A DNA stretch of 64,000 nt. Source: Candidatus Doudnabacteria bacterium. Its GTDB lineage: Bacteria > Patescibacteriota > Doudnabacteria > UBA920 > O2-02-FULL-48-8. This document shows positions 16,737 to 25,565 of this stretch, one piece after another (the stretch's first letter is position 1; every line of letters starts with the position of its first letter). The stretch covers positions 7,312-71,311 of the forward strand of contig JAHFJG010000007.1 of assembly GCA_023246005.1 (NCBI GenBank), in the 5' to 3' direction. The notes under the pieces were generated by a model. The model worked only from the letters and a program-made list of their open reading frames with translations, did not search any database and was not told the DNA's origin. The position numbers were made by a program, and so were the translations under genes.

Positions 16737-19640
16737 TTATTTTGCATGTATATAGGCTCGTTTCTCTTTTCCTGCGGAATCTTTTTCGTCAGGAATATAG
16801 CCAGAAGGCCTCCAGCTCATGTCTTCCGGTCTTGTGTCTGGAGCCGGCGCGCCAGACCCGCTAAAATGCTTGAATGCCGCATCTAATTTTGAATCTCCTG
16901 AAGCATCGGCTAATTTTGTTCTTCCAAAATCAATCAAGGCGCTCATAGTTTCTCTATACTCTTTCTGCACTTTAGGATCTTGAATCAAATTAGCCGCCTC
17001 AAATATACGTTTCACATTCTGCGGCTTAGCCGCATTCATGGCTTGGTTCGCATTCATTTCATTTCTATTCACCCGGTTTTTGATAGCCTGATAATTAGTC
17101 ATATAATAGGTCAAACCAACTTCGTTGATGATCGAATCTCTTTTACCGCTAACGCCATAATCAGCAGCAGGAACTTCGTCGTAGAATATCAAACGGTTAC
17201 CTTCTCTCGTCAGCTTGGAGTCGTCTAGTTTAGCGTTCTCAGCAGCCTGTTCATTTTTTCGATCCTGTGCACTCTTCATCTCCAGACGGCCGTGTTTCGA
17301 TTCGTACATACGCATAATCGTCCTGTGTCCGCGTTTCTCAGCCAGATCACTGACATCACTCATGATTAGCATAGAACCTTGTTCACCCATGCCTAACTTC
17401 TCTTCCAAAATTTGTTTTCTGAAATCATCCATGCCTTCTGCCGAATAAGTCATGAATTCTCCAGCTTTATGTTGCTTTCCGTCAGCACCGATCATGTCTC
17501 TAGTATATTGGGTTTTATTTACCAATTCGTTATCATTATACGTGTCTGTCAGGTGCATAAGAATTGCGTTTGCCCGAGCTTGTTTACCCTCTTCTACGGC
17601 GCTATTAAATAAATCCACTAACTCATGCCAGTTATCAGTAAGAATATTTTTCTTCTCCTCATCCATGGCATGCCGGATCTTTTTCTGGGTAAAGTAATCG
17701 TCTGGATACATCAATGATTGTCCCTTCAACTCTGTCGCCCTTGCTCGGGCGAGTATCTGTTCTCTTGACTCCGTACCAAATGCTTTTTCTGCTTCATCGG
17801 CTTGGTCCAAAAGAGCTTGGGCTTTGACGCGCTTATCGGTTATTGCCAGATCCTTAGCTGCTTTTCCGTTTACATCAATAGCTGGCAGGGCTGCCTTTTC
17901 TCTCTCCAATTGCCTTGCTTCTTCTAGAGCTTGTTGTGCTTGCTTACGCAACTCCAATGGTGCATTCGCCTTTGTTTTTAATTCTTCCGCATCATGTAAT
18001 AATTCTCTTCCAGTTTCCGATCCACCGCCACGAGCTTTTTTTATCCCGCCCTTACCAAAATACCGCTGAAAAAAAGTAACTGGCGAAGCAAGGGCAGAGC
18101 CTTTTTCATATGCTTTGGTCATTCCCGCAGTTTCTCTAGCCGCTCTATTAATCTCCCGGGATTCTTTCCAACCCTCAATCCATTTCGCAGGTCGAATTTC
18201 TCTGCCGGTTCTTGCCTTATAGACCTCCGCCCCATAATTGGCTCCAGCCTTGACTCCTGCCCAAGCCCCTTTCTTCATCAAATTCTTGGCTCCACTGACC
18301 CCGCTCATTATCATATCCCCCCCCACCATCCCCGCTTGCTTGGCCACCAATACCGCGGCTGCCAAAAATGCTATTTCAATAAAGTAAATAAATGCAGTGC
18401 CATTTCCTTGGCCATTCTTCCAACCTGTCCAACTAAATCCATCTGATATAACTAAAGTATCTAATCTAATCATAAACAAAGCCACTGGCGCCCAAATCAA
18501 ATATTTAAGAAAGTGACTCCACCATTCTTCTGCGTATTTTTTGGTCGCCGGCAGAATATTTGCCACATAAGCAATAGGTGAAAAAATAATCAAAATGTAC
18601 AAACCCACAAGCCGGATAATAAACATTCCAGCCAGAGCTATAAATACAACTGCAGATACAAGCTGATAAAAGATTTTTCCTAAACTTAAAACAAGAGCTG
18701 TTGATGATCCTCCTGTAACGATAAGTCTAAAATCTTCCGCAGGCCAAGCCTGAGCGAAAGCCGTAGAAGCAATCTGTTTTCCCATTCCATCTTGATAAAA
18801 CACCGCGGCCAAAAAATTCACGGCATTCATGATAGTAACTGCGATAACTTGACTAAAGTTAACTAAAAGAGCCGCTATTATTAAATCTCTGAGCAAGTGG
18901 CCATATTCTTGATAATTTTTCAATCGTAAAATTACACCAAAGCCAATGACTATTAATGCCAAAATAAAAAACATATTACAGATATCGCGGACGACCATCC
19001 AGCCAATATTAACCGCTCTTGGCAAAGTCGTAATATTGATTATATTCCCCACAACTTCGCTGAAAATACTACCGGCAATAGAAGTCACAATTGCCAATAC
19101 TGCTGAAATAATTGAAGCTACGAAATCTAAAATCCATCCAATCACTTGACTGATAACATTAGCGGGGTCTTGAAATTTTTTCATATCAGCTGCTGCTTCA
19201 GCTATTCCTGTTTGATTTATTCCAGTTCCATTGACTATTGACGCTCTAACTGCTTGCATCTCAATCGGTATTTTTGTAATATCTTGAGTTGATGAAATGC
19301 CATCTGATAGAACTGGCCAGCTACCTGGCGCAGTTTCACAATAAGGTTCAGGTATTCCGCCTGTAGCAATTAATCCCCAAACTGCTCTGTACTTTTTCTG
19401 AGAGGCCTGTAATAATTTATCGCTCAATGCTTTACAGCCTGCTTCATTGGTTGCATTATCATAATCAGCTTTAGTAATAGTTACATTTGTTGTTGGCGCT
19501 GGCGTGGGAGCCGGGGCTGGAGCTGGAGTTTGCCCAAACGCAAAATTGGCAAGCAGAAGATTGGCCAGTAGAATTGCTGTTAAAATTTTGGTTATGCGGT
19601 TGAATTTTTGTTTTGGTTTCACTTTTGGAAAATTAGTCAA
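16737..19640 (-). CDS. VirB6/TrbL-like polytopic membrane protein with long hydrophilic C-terminal region
   Basis: Signal peptide plus PAPAPAPTPAPTT linker, at least 6 TM helices in the central part, and a long charged coiled-coil C-terminus, next to virB4. No searches run. Confidence 0.45.
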   Translation of the reverse strand: MTNFPKVKPKQKFNRITKILTAILLANLLLANFAFGQTPAPAPAPTPAPTTNVTITKADYDNATNEAGCKALSDKLLQASQKKYRAVWGLIATGGIPEPYCETAPGSWPVLSDGISSTQDITKIPIEMQAVRASIVNGTGINQTGIAEAAADMKKFQDPANVISQVIGWILDFVASIISAVLAIVTSIAGSIFSEVVGNIINITTLPRAVNIGWMVVRDICNMFFILALIVIGFGVILRLKNYQEYGHLLRDLIIAALLVNFSQVIAVTIMNAVNFLAAVFYQDGMGKQIASTAFAQAWPAEDFRLIVTGGSSTALVLSLGKIFYQLVSAVVFIALAGMFIIRLVGLYILIIFSPIAYVANILPATKKYAEEWWSHFLKYLIWAPVALFMIRLDTLVISDGFSWTGWKNGQGNGTAFIYFIEIAFLAAAVLVAKQAGMVGGDMIMSGVSGAKNLMKKGAWAGVKAGANYGAEVYKARTGREIRPAKWIEGWKESREINRAARETAGMTKAYEKGSALASPVTFFQRYFGKGGIKKARGGGSETGRELLHDAEELKTKANAPLELRKQAQQALEEARQLEREKAALPAIDVNGKAAKDLAITDKRVKAQALLDQADEAEKAFGTESREQILARARATELKGQSLMYPDDYFTQKKIRHAMDEEKKNILTDNWHELVDLFNSAVEEGKQARANAILMHLTDTYNDNELVNKTQYTRDMIGADGKQHKAGEFMTYSAEGMDDFRKQILEEKLGMGEQGSMLIMSDVSDLAEKRGHRTIMRMYESKHGRLEMKSAQDRKNEQAAENAKLDDSKLTREGNRLIFYDEVPAADYGVSGKRDSIINEVGLTYYMTNYQAIKNRVNRNEMNANQAMNAAKPQNVKRIFEAANLIQDPKVQKEYRETMSALIDFGRTKLADASGDSKLDAAFKHFSGSGAPAPDTRPEDMSWRPSGYIPDEKDSAGKEKRAYIHAK

Positions 19641-19669
19641 AAGGTAAAGGGTTACGATGCCCGGGTCGT

Positions 19670-20080
19670 TTAGGGGTTACGATTAGGGTTCTTAAACTTA
19701 CTCCATGCAGAGCCTAGGTTATAGAGCTGCCGACCTGTTTTATCATATATATCGACTAGTTCGGTGACTAAGGCAGGATTTATATCATAAATATCACGAC
19801 ATTGTTCAAGACTTACTATTGTTTCATTGCATTCTGCCATCGCATCATCGATATATTTTTGAAAACCTAGTTTTTGATGTCTTTTAGCATAACCTTCCGC
19901 AATTAATCTCGGGGATGCTTTACAAGAACGTCTCAATTGATCCTTTAGATCATACTTTTCTTCTTGAGGAATCTTGGGCAGAATTTCTTTCATTACCCGC
20001 AGCATTGCAGCGTAACTATTCTGATATACTTCTAGGTCTCGAAAGCTTTTAATTGGTTTCTTGTTTTCATCGTTGTTCAT
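19670..20080 (-). CDS. four-helix-bundle protein (23S-IVS protein family; HEPN clan)
   Basis: FRDLEVYQNSYAAMLRV...LKDQLRRSCKASPRLIAEGY, family-typical. Flanked by repeated palindromic motif ACGATGCCCGGGTCGT. Confidence 0.75.
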   Translation of the reverse strand: MNNDENKKPIKSFRDLEVYQNSYAAMLRVMKEILPKIPQEEKYDLKDQLRRSCKASPRLIAEGYAKRHQKLGFQKYIDDAMAECNETIVSLEQCRDIYDINPALVTELVDIYDKTGRQLYNLGSAWSKFKNPNRNP

Positions 20081-20257
20081 GACGTTACCTTTGACCGCCT
20101 TACGATACGGGCCTCGTTGCCGCTTTGAATTCGTTAATGGTTTAATGGTTATGATGCCCGGGTCGTCTAAAGGTGACGTCGAGGGCCTAAAAAACCGTTA
20201 CCTCTCAACTCCTCACCATACGGGCCTCGTTACCTCTTAACGCTAACCGATTTATAC

Positions 20258-20584
20258 TTAAATAACTTGTCTCTGTCCATAAAAAACTATTAGATCTTTC
20301 ATGACATCCTCTTTGATATACGGACTAACAGAAGCTTCAGTCAATAGATCGACTTTACTGTTTAGTCGTTCTGACAATTTTCTTTGTAAAGCGACTAAAT
20401 CCAGTAAACTTTTTTGCTTCTGCTGAGCATATCTAATAAGCAAGTCGATATCGCTCTCTTCCTTGGCTTCACCGCGAGCATACGAGCCAAAAACACCCGC
20501 AAACTCAACGTCATTGCTTTGAAGTATCGGGATGACTTTAGTTTTTAATTCATCAATTGTGGTTTTCATGAGTTCATTATGCAA
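20258..20584 (-). CDS. nucleotidyltransferase (MNT/antitoxin-type minimal NTase)
   Basis: GVFGSYARGEAKEESDIDLLI (the GSxxRGx...DxD NTase motif). Likely ATG start at 20569; the listed start is TTG. Confidence 0.75.
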   Translation of the reverse strand: MHNELMKTTIDELKTKVIPILQSNDVEFAGVFGSYARGEAKEESDIDLLIRYAQQKQKSLLDLVALQRKLSERLNSKVDLLTEASVSPYIKEDVMKDLIVFYGQRQVI

Positions 20585-20587
20585 TTT

Positions 20588-20698
20588 TTAGGACTTTTTG
20601 TCTATTGGAACAAACGCAAAATTGGCAATCAAAAGATTGGCCAGCAGAATCAGGGCTATTATTTTAACTATTTTATTCTGGGAAATCAGGCTTGACAT
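20588..20698 (-). pseudogene. orphan 36-aa ORF encoding only a signal peptide, paralogous to the VirB6-like N-terminus (R5 repeat)
   Basis: MSSLISQNKIVKIIALILLANLLIANFAFVPIDKKS* against the VirB6-like N-terminus ...ITKILTAILLANLLLANFAFGQ. Nucleotide repeat AAACGCAAAATTGGCAA.CA.AAGATTGGCCAG.AGAAT. Confidence 0.5.
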
Positions 20699-20761
20699 GA
20701 TTCTATGAATATGATAAGATGTAAATAGTTTACAGAACTGGCCCGAAAGAGCCGGGTTTTT

Positions 20762-21298
20762 TTATTTAAAGCCAATGTCGCCCCTAGGTTTTTCTTCAAA
20801 TGCCAACAGCTTTTTGATGGCCTGGAATACGACTTTAAATTGCTGATCATATTTCTTTTCTAATTTTTCTATCTTTTCTCGCAACTCTCTATTTGTCGCC
20901 AACATTTCCCTTATCTTGGTAAACGTTCTCATTATCTGGATATTTACCTGTACTGCTCGTTTGCTGTGTAGAACGCTGGACAGCATAGCCACTCCATGTT
21001 CAGTAAACACCAAAGGCGCTTTGCGTAATCCCATCTTTTCGCGATTGGAAGTGCCAAATTGGAACTTCCAAATTTCCATTTCTTTTTTACTCATTTGAAA
21101 CATAAAGTCATCAGGAAACCTGTCTAGATTGCGCCTGACCGCGCGGTTAAGTATTTTGGTTTCTACTTGATAAAGTTCAGCTAGATCCTTGTCAATCATC
21201 ACTTTTTTGCCACGAATAAAATAAATTTTACTTTCTAATCTTTTTTCAGGTAAAACAATTTTATAATTTTCTTTATTCATATGTTTCCGCAAAAGCAA
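20762..21298 (-). CDS. ORF6N/KilA-N-like domain protein (phage antirepressor-type DNA-binding domain)
   Basis: FIRGKKVMIDKDLAELYQVETKILNRAVRRNLDRFPDDFMFQMS matches the ORF6N family. Probable ATG start at 21280. Confidence 0.65.
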   Translation of the reverse strand: MLLRKHMNKENYKIVLPEKRLESKIYFIRGKKVMIDKDLAELYQVETKILNRAVRRNLDRFPDDFMFQMSKKEMEIWKFQFGTSNREKMGLRKAPLVFTEHGVAMLSSVLHSKRAVQVNIQIMRTFTKIREMLATNRELREKIEKLEKKYDQQFKVVFQAIKKLLAFEEKPRGDIGFK

Positions 21299-21377
21299 AA
21301 TTAGTCAGGAAAAGATTGGCCGGCAGAATCAGGGCGAGGAGTTTAGTTATGTGATTGTGTTTTTGTTTTGGTGTCAT
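21275..21377 (-). pseudogene. second orphan signal-peptide mini-ORF (R5 repeat copy), 34 aa
   Basis: MTPKQKHNHITKLLALILPANLFLTNFAFAETYE*. Third copy of the 5'-end module. Confidence 0.5.
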
Positions 21378-21575
21378 GAAACGAAAATGCTTACATTTGT
21401 TTATTTTTGTGCATTATGCGTTTTTTAAAAAGATTTTCTCGAAAACCGCCCTCTCGGACAAACTTCTCTTCCAGTGATGCTCCGGACACTGATTTTATAT
21501 ACCAGCAAATATTCATAACCGGCGTGCTTTTTGTATACTTCGTCTTTGTCCATATTGTTATATGATTCATGACCC

Positions 21576-23339
21576 CTAAGGGTTGCAGCTATTGCTAAAA
21601 TAACACGCCGTGTCTGGATCGCCAGGGTTGGTTGCCGGACCTGCATATTTCACACTTGCTTCTGTGGATGGCGGGCCTCCCAGCCATTGCGGGTTGTTGG
21701 CTCCTCCACTATCGCCCAAAATATCCGCACCCGAATTATCCGGATACGCAACAATGTCAGTTGCCAACCCATCGCATTGACCGGAGTGCCAAGTGGTCAG
21801 CGCCCCTGCGCCTTCGCCGCGCAATACCCAGGCCACGCGTTTGGTAATTTCAAACGCGCCGCAGTTGCCGCTTAAGTTTACGCCTTCGTCAACCAGATAT
21901 TTTTTCACCTGCCTGACTACTTCCGTATGATCCGGCATAGTGCAGGCGATTGCGGTGGGAACATCAACGCAGGTTGGCCCGGTGCCCGGGGTTGGCGGCG
22001 GAGTAATGGTCATAGCCGTCTTAGAGCCCTGGCATGGAGGACCGGTGGTCACTGTTGTCGAGCCATCGGGATTGGTTACCGGAAGCCCGCCATAAATACA
22101 AATATCCGGCTGGCCGTCGCCGTTGGTGTCATAACCGTCAATGATGCCATCGCCGTCGATATCAATCCCATTACTGCCAGGGGTAAACTCCCCGTACGTG
22201 GCGTCTGGATTATATTGTCCATTATAATCCGGCAAAGCCTGGCCTGATTTATTATCTGAACTATCCAAGGTTAATTGATTGAAGATGAAATTGCCGAACA
22301 GGGAACCGATAATCGCCCAAAAATTATTGGGATTAAAATTAGCATCGAGCTTGGTTAAAATCGAACCGCTTAAATATTTATCAACTGTTGCCGTGGGATT
22401 GTCGATAAATGACCTGGCTGTATCCAGCGCGGACGCATTCCATTTGCCTCCGCCAGCGGCACAGCTGACCGGATCCCAAAACCCGTCGCCATTGGTTTTC
22501 CCCCAATCAACGTTATCGGTTTGGTTGCTGCAAAAGCCGCCAATCACGCGGCCGGCTTTCAAACCGTAACCAGCCGCGACTTCAAGCTGTGCCGCTGTGG
22601 TAGCAGATGATTGGAATGCCCCAAATTGTCCCTGCAAATTTTGTTCGGTAAAGCTCCGCGGATTGGCAAAATAGGCTTGAGACATGGCAAAATAATCCCG
22701 ATCCGACATATTGGCCGGCGGATAGTAGACTTTATTCGGGTCAATGCCGCCTTGTTTAATATAATAATCAGCCATGGCTTTTTTAAGCTGTGGGATCAAG
22801 GCCTTCCTTGGATCCGGCGCGTTGGGATCCTTGGGATTAGCGCCGGTGGGCTGGCCTGTGACGTAACCGCGATACATCATGGTGTAAATTCCGCGCAAAT
22901 CAGGATCAGAAATCTTATCCGCTAAAAACTGATACAAATAATAGTCAGACAGATACTTGTCATAATAGAGAAAGTTCCTAATCCGATATTTGTCTTGCAG
23001 CTTATTGGTTAATCTGGTTAAATATTTATTAGAGATATTTAAGGCAACCGCCCTTAAAGCTCCTAGCGCGAGGTCTTTGCCTATTTGATATAAATCGCCG
23101 ATTTTTATCACAAGATCGGGCAGCCCGGGAATTAAACCTGCTTCCGCAGGTTTTGGCAGAAATAAACCAATGGAGACAATGGCAAACTGGCTGATTATGA
23201 AAATCGTCAAAACTAATGCTGCTGATGATTTTACTAGTCTGCTATTTGGCATTTTGGTATTTATTTTGAAGCCGGTTGGTTTCCAAAGTAATTTTTTGGA
23301 ATAAGCTGAATGTTGCCTGCGTTTTATCATACCAGGCAT
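21576..23339 (-). CDS. secreted or membrane-anchored hypothetical protein with thrombospondin-type-3-like Ca-binding motifs; C-terminal half GC-rich
   Basis: TM or signal at MPNSRLVKSSAALVLTIFIISQFAIV. Motifs DIDGDGIIDGYDTNGDGQPD. Gly/Pro/Thr-rich C-terminus. Confidence 0.4.
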   Translation of the reverse strand: MPGMIKRRQHSAYSKKLLWKPTGFKINTKMPNSRLVKSSAALVLTIFIISQFAIVSIGLFLPKPAEAGLIPGLPDLVIKIGDLYQIGKDLALGALRAVALNISNKYLTRLTNKLQDKYRIRNFLYYDKYLSDYYLYQFLADKISDPDLRGIYTMMYRGYVTGQPTGANPKDPNAPDPRKALIPQLKKAMADYYIKQGGIDPNKVYYPPANMSDRDYFAMSQAYFANPRSFTEQNLQGQFGAFQSSATTAAQLEVAAGYGLKAGRVIGGFCSNQTDNVDWGKTNGDGFWDPVSCAAGGGKWNASALDTARSFIDNPTATVDKYLSGSILTKLDANFNPNNFWAIIGSLFGNFIFNQLTLDSSDNKSGQALPDYNGQYNPDATYGEFTPGSNGIDIDGDGIIDGYDTNGDGQPDICIYGGLPVTNPDGSTTVTTGPPCQGSKTAMTITPPPTPGTGPTCVDVPTAIACTMPDHTEVVRQVKKYLVDEGVNLSGNCGAFEITKRVAWVLRGEGAGALTTWHSGQCDGLATDIVAYPDNSGADILGDSGGANNPQWLGGPPSTEASVKYAGPATNPGDPDTACYFSNSCNP

Positions 23340-24267
23340 TTCCTATTGGGTTATTGTCATCAAGCAGAATATCTTGGGGCGGAACTGTCAGAACGCCTGG
23401 CAACATTTGCAAAAATCCGATTGTGTATTTATGGAGTTGCACAAAATCCGGAGGCACTGGGAGTTTTTTTAATTCAGCCGCAGCTTTTAGCAAATTGACG
23501 CTGATTGAAGCCGTAGAGGACGCATCCTGATACTTGACCGCATTTTCTATTTGCGCTCCGAGATCTTTTGGCAAATATTTATTTAAAATCTCCTTAGTGC
23601 CTGCCAAATAAGTTGCGGCTGCTTGTTGGGAATTGTCTTTGCTCAAATTAAGTTCTGCGTCACTGATTTGAGGTACATCAATTTTGGTTAGATCACTGGA
23701 TTCGTTAATTAATTTTTTTATGTCGTAATTAAACACCAGGCTGTCGCCCAAAATAGTGTCGGGATTGGTAACCTGATCAAAGGTCATGTGACCCGACCGG
23801 CTCGGATCAAATCCTAATGCCACGAGCTGGCCATCGTTTAATTTATCTTTAACAGTATAAGCATTGAGCGGGTCAGTATGATAAAAAAATTCTTGCTGAT
23901 TCGAAAGACCGTCTTTGTCCGGATCGGCGTCCGGTTTGCAATTATCCTTGTCGCAAACGGATGATCCAAAATACTGCTGATACCACCAGCCAGGAATCGA
24001 ATTTGAAAACGCTTGAACCACAGCTTGTTTCTTTACCGGCTTGTTCTTAAACAAAACGATTCCAATTCCCAAAACAAAAATCACGACCATTAAAGCCGTA
24101 ATTAAAAGACGGATATTTTTCTTGTACCCCAGTCCCTCAATATGAAAGGTTCCGAACTGATTTGTATTTTTGTTTTTACTCATCTTTCTCTCAAACAAGC
24201 AAAAAATAGGCCTCTCTCTTAAACCTTTAGATCCGTTGTTTTGCTTTATTTTTGGTTTTTGTGTCAA
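23242..24267 (-). CDS. membrane-anchored hypothetical protein with a TSP3-like motif
   Basis: TM helix LLITALMVVIFVLGIGIVLF. Motif DADPDKDGLSNQQE. Probable start MSKNKN at about 24183. Confidence 0.35.
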   Translation of the reverse strand: MTQKPKIKQNNGSKGLRERPIFCLFERKMSKNKNTNQFGTFHIEGLGYKKNIRLLITALMVVIFVLGIGIVLFKNKPVKKQAVVQAFSNSIPGWWYQQYFGSSVCDKDNCKPDADPDKDGLSNQQEFFYHTDPLNAYTVKDKLNDGQLVALGFDPSRSGHMTFDQVTNPDTILGDSLVFNYDIKKLINESSDLTKIDVPQISDAELNLSKDNSQQAAATYLAGTKEILNKYLPKDLGAQIENAVKYQDASSTASISVNLLKAAAELKKLPVPPDFVQLHKYTIGFLQMLPGVLTVPPQDILLDDNNPIGNAWYDKTQATFSLFQKITLETNRLQNKYQNAK

Positions 24268-24399
24268 AACCTAACTTAACTTACTACTATTATAGCACAT
24301 ATTACTCCGACGCGCAAGCCCCGCGTAATGAGATTTTTTGTAATAAGCTCGCGGATCGGAGCCCCGACTTCAATTTAATATTAATAGTAGACGTCGGGG

Positions 24400-24432
24400 T
24401 AGCATAGAAAAAGCCGCTTGTCCAGCGGCTTT
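24400..24432 (-). terminator. rho-independent terminator (AAAAGCCGCTggacaAGCGGCTTTTT), functional on the minus strand
   Basis: Perfect GC stem plus U-run downstream of 24441-24680. Confidence 0.55.
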
Positions 24433-24440
24433 TGATTTTT

Positions 24441-24680
24441 CTAAGGATTATAGTCTAATCCAAGTTTGATAGAAGCTTTTTTGATCCAATCTTCCATACT
24501 GTTAACTTTGTGCTTGTAAACAGCGAGTTCTTGATGATAGGTATCAGTTTTCTTAGAATAATTATCTACGGACGTTTGCGAGGTTCTAAAATCCTTCCGA
24601 AGATCCTCAAAATCTTCCTTTGTGGGAAAAACTTCTTTTTCAGCCTTAATAATCAATTTTATATCATCAAGAGTTAACAT
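24441..24680 (-). CDS. small hypothetical protein (79 aa)
   Basis: Intact ORF upstream of rsmA followed by a terminator. No recognisable motif. Confidence 0.3.
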   Translation of the reverse strand: MLTLDDIKLIIKAEKEVFPTKEDFEDLRKDFRTSQTSVDNYSKKTDTYHQELAVYKHKVNSMEDWIKKASIKLGLDYNP

Positions 24681-24701
24681 AGTAAATCAATTTTAAACCA
24701 G

Positions 24702-25565
24702 CTATAAAAACTTGTCAAAGACTTGATAGAGTCGGATCCAATCCTCAATACTTAAATCTTGCGGTCTTAAAGTTGGGTCAATGCCTGCTTTTTGCAAAGC
24801 TTGAACATCAGTGATTGTATTTTTGATTTGTTTTCGTTTGCCGGCAAAAGCTGTTTTGATAATTCTGAAGAATAATTTTTTGTCTTCGATTTCTGGATAT
24901 TTGTTTTTTGGTTCAATTCTTAAAATTACAGAATCTACTTTGGGCATTGGCCAAAAACTGGTTTTGGGAATAATCAAAGGTGGAGTCTTCTCCCCAAAAC
25001 CATCCCGGACTTGATCCGGGATCTTAACTGTCGCAATCTCAACGTCCGCGTAAATCTGCACGGAAATTCCGAGGATGGATAATTCACCGGGTGCAGCCAC
25101 TACTCTCTCCCCAACTTCTTTCTGAACCATCAACACCAGTAACTTTGGCTGGTGTTCGCGCTCAAGAAATATTTGAAAAAGTTTGGAAGTCAAATAATAA
25201 GGAATATTGGCCACAACTTTATAATCGCCTTGAATAAATTTCTCAACATGGAATTTTAAAATGTCTTCGTTAATAATATTAAGATTCGGAATACTTTTAA
25301 ATTGTTTCTTCAAAAAAGCAACTAGATTAAAATCTTTTTCAATCGCATAAACTTGTTTGGCATATTTGATTAATTCCGAAGTTAGTACACCCAAGCCAGG
25401 GCCGACTTCCAAAACAACATCAGTCGATTTCAAATCAGCTGCGGCAACAATTGCGTGCAGTGCAGCTTTATCAACCAAAAAATTCTGGCCCAAATAATCT
25501 TTGGGTTTAAAGCCTGCGGTTCTTAGTAAATTTTTTATCTGTTCACTATCGGAAAGGTCTACCAT
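24702..25565 (-). CDS. rsmA: 16S rRNA (adenine1518/1519-N6)-dimethyltransferase RsmA/KsgA
   Basis: GQNFLVD...VLEVGPGLGVLTSEL SAM-binding motif. Typical length. Confidence 0.85.
   Translation of the reverse strand: MVDLSDSEQIKNLLRTAGFKPKDYLGQNFLVDKAALHAIVAAADLKSTDVVLEVGPGLGVLTSELIKYAKQVYAIEKDFNLVAFLKKQFKSIPNLNIINEDILKFHVEKFIQGDYKVVANIPYYLTSKLFQIFLEREHQPKLLVLMVQKEVGERVVAAPGELSILGISVQIYADVEIATVKIPDQVRDGFGEKTPPLIIPKTSFWPMPKVDSVILRIEPKNKYPEIEDKKLFFRIIKTAFAGKRKQIKNTITDVQALQKAGIDPTLRPQDLSIEDWIRLYQVFDKFL

Noticed and set aside
19650-20236. Considered the ACGATGCCCGGGTCGT copies as cassette inverted repeats like those of the other 4HB genes
   Set aside because: The motif is itself palindromic and the copies are in direct orientation. 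Better described as repeated operator-like sites; reported that way.
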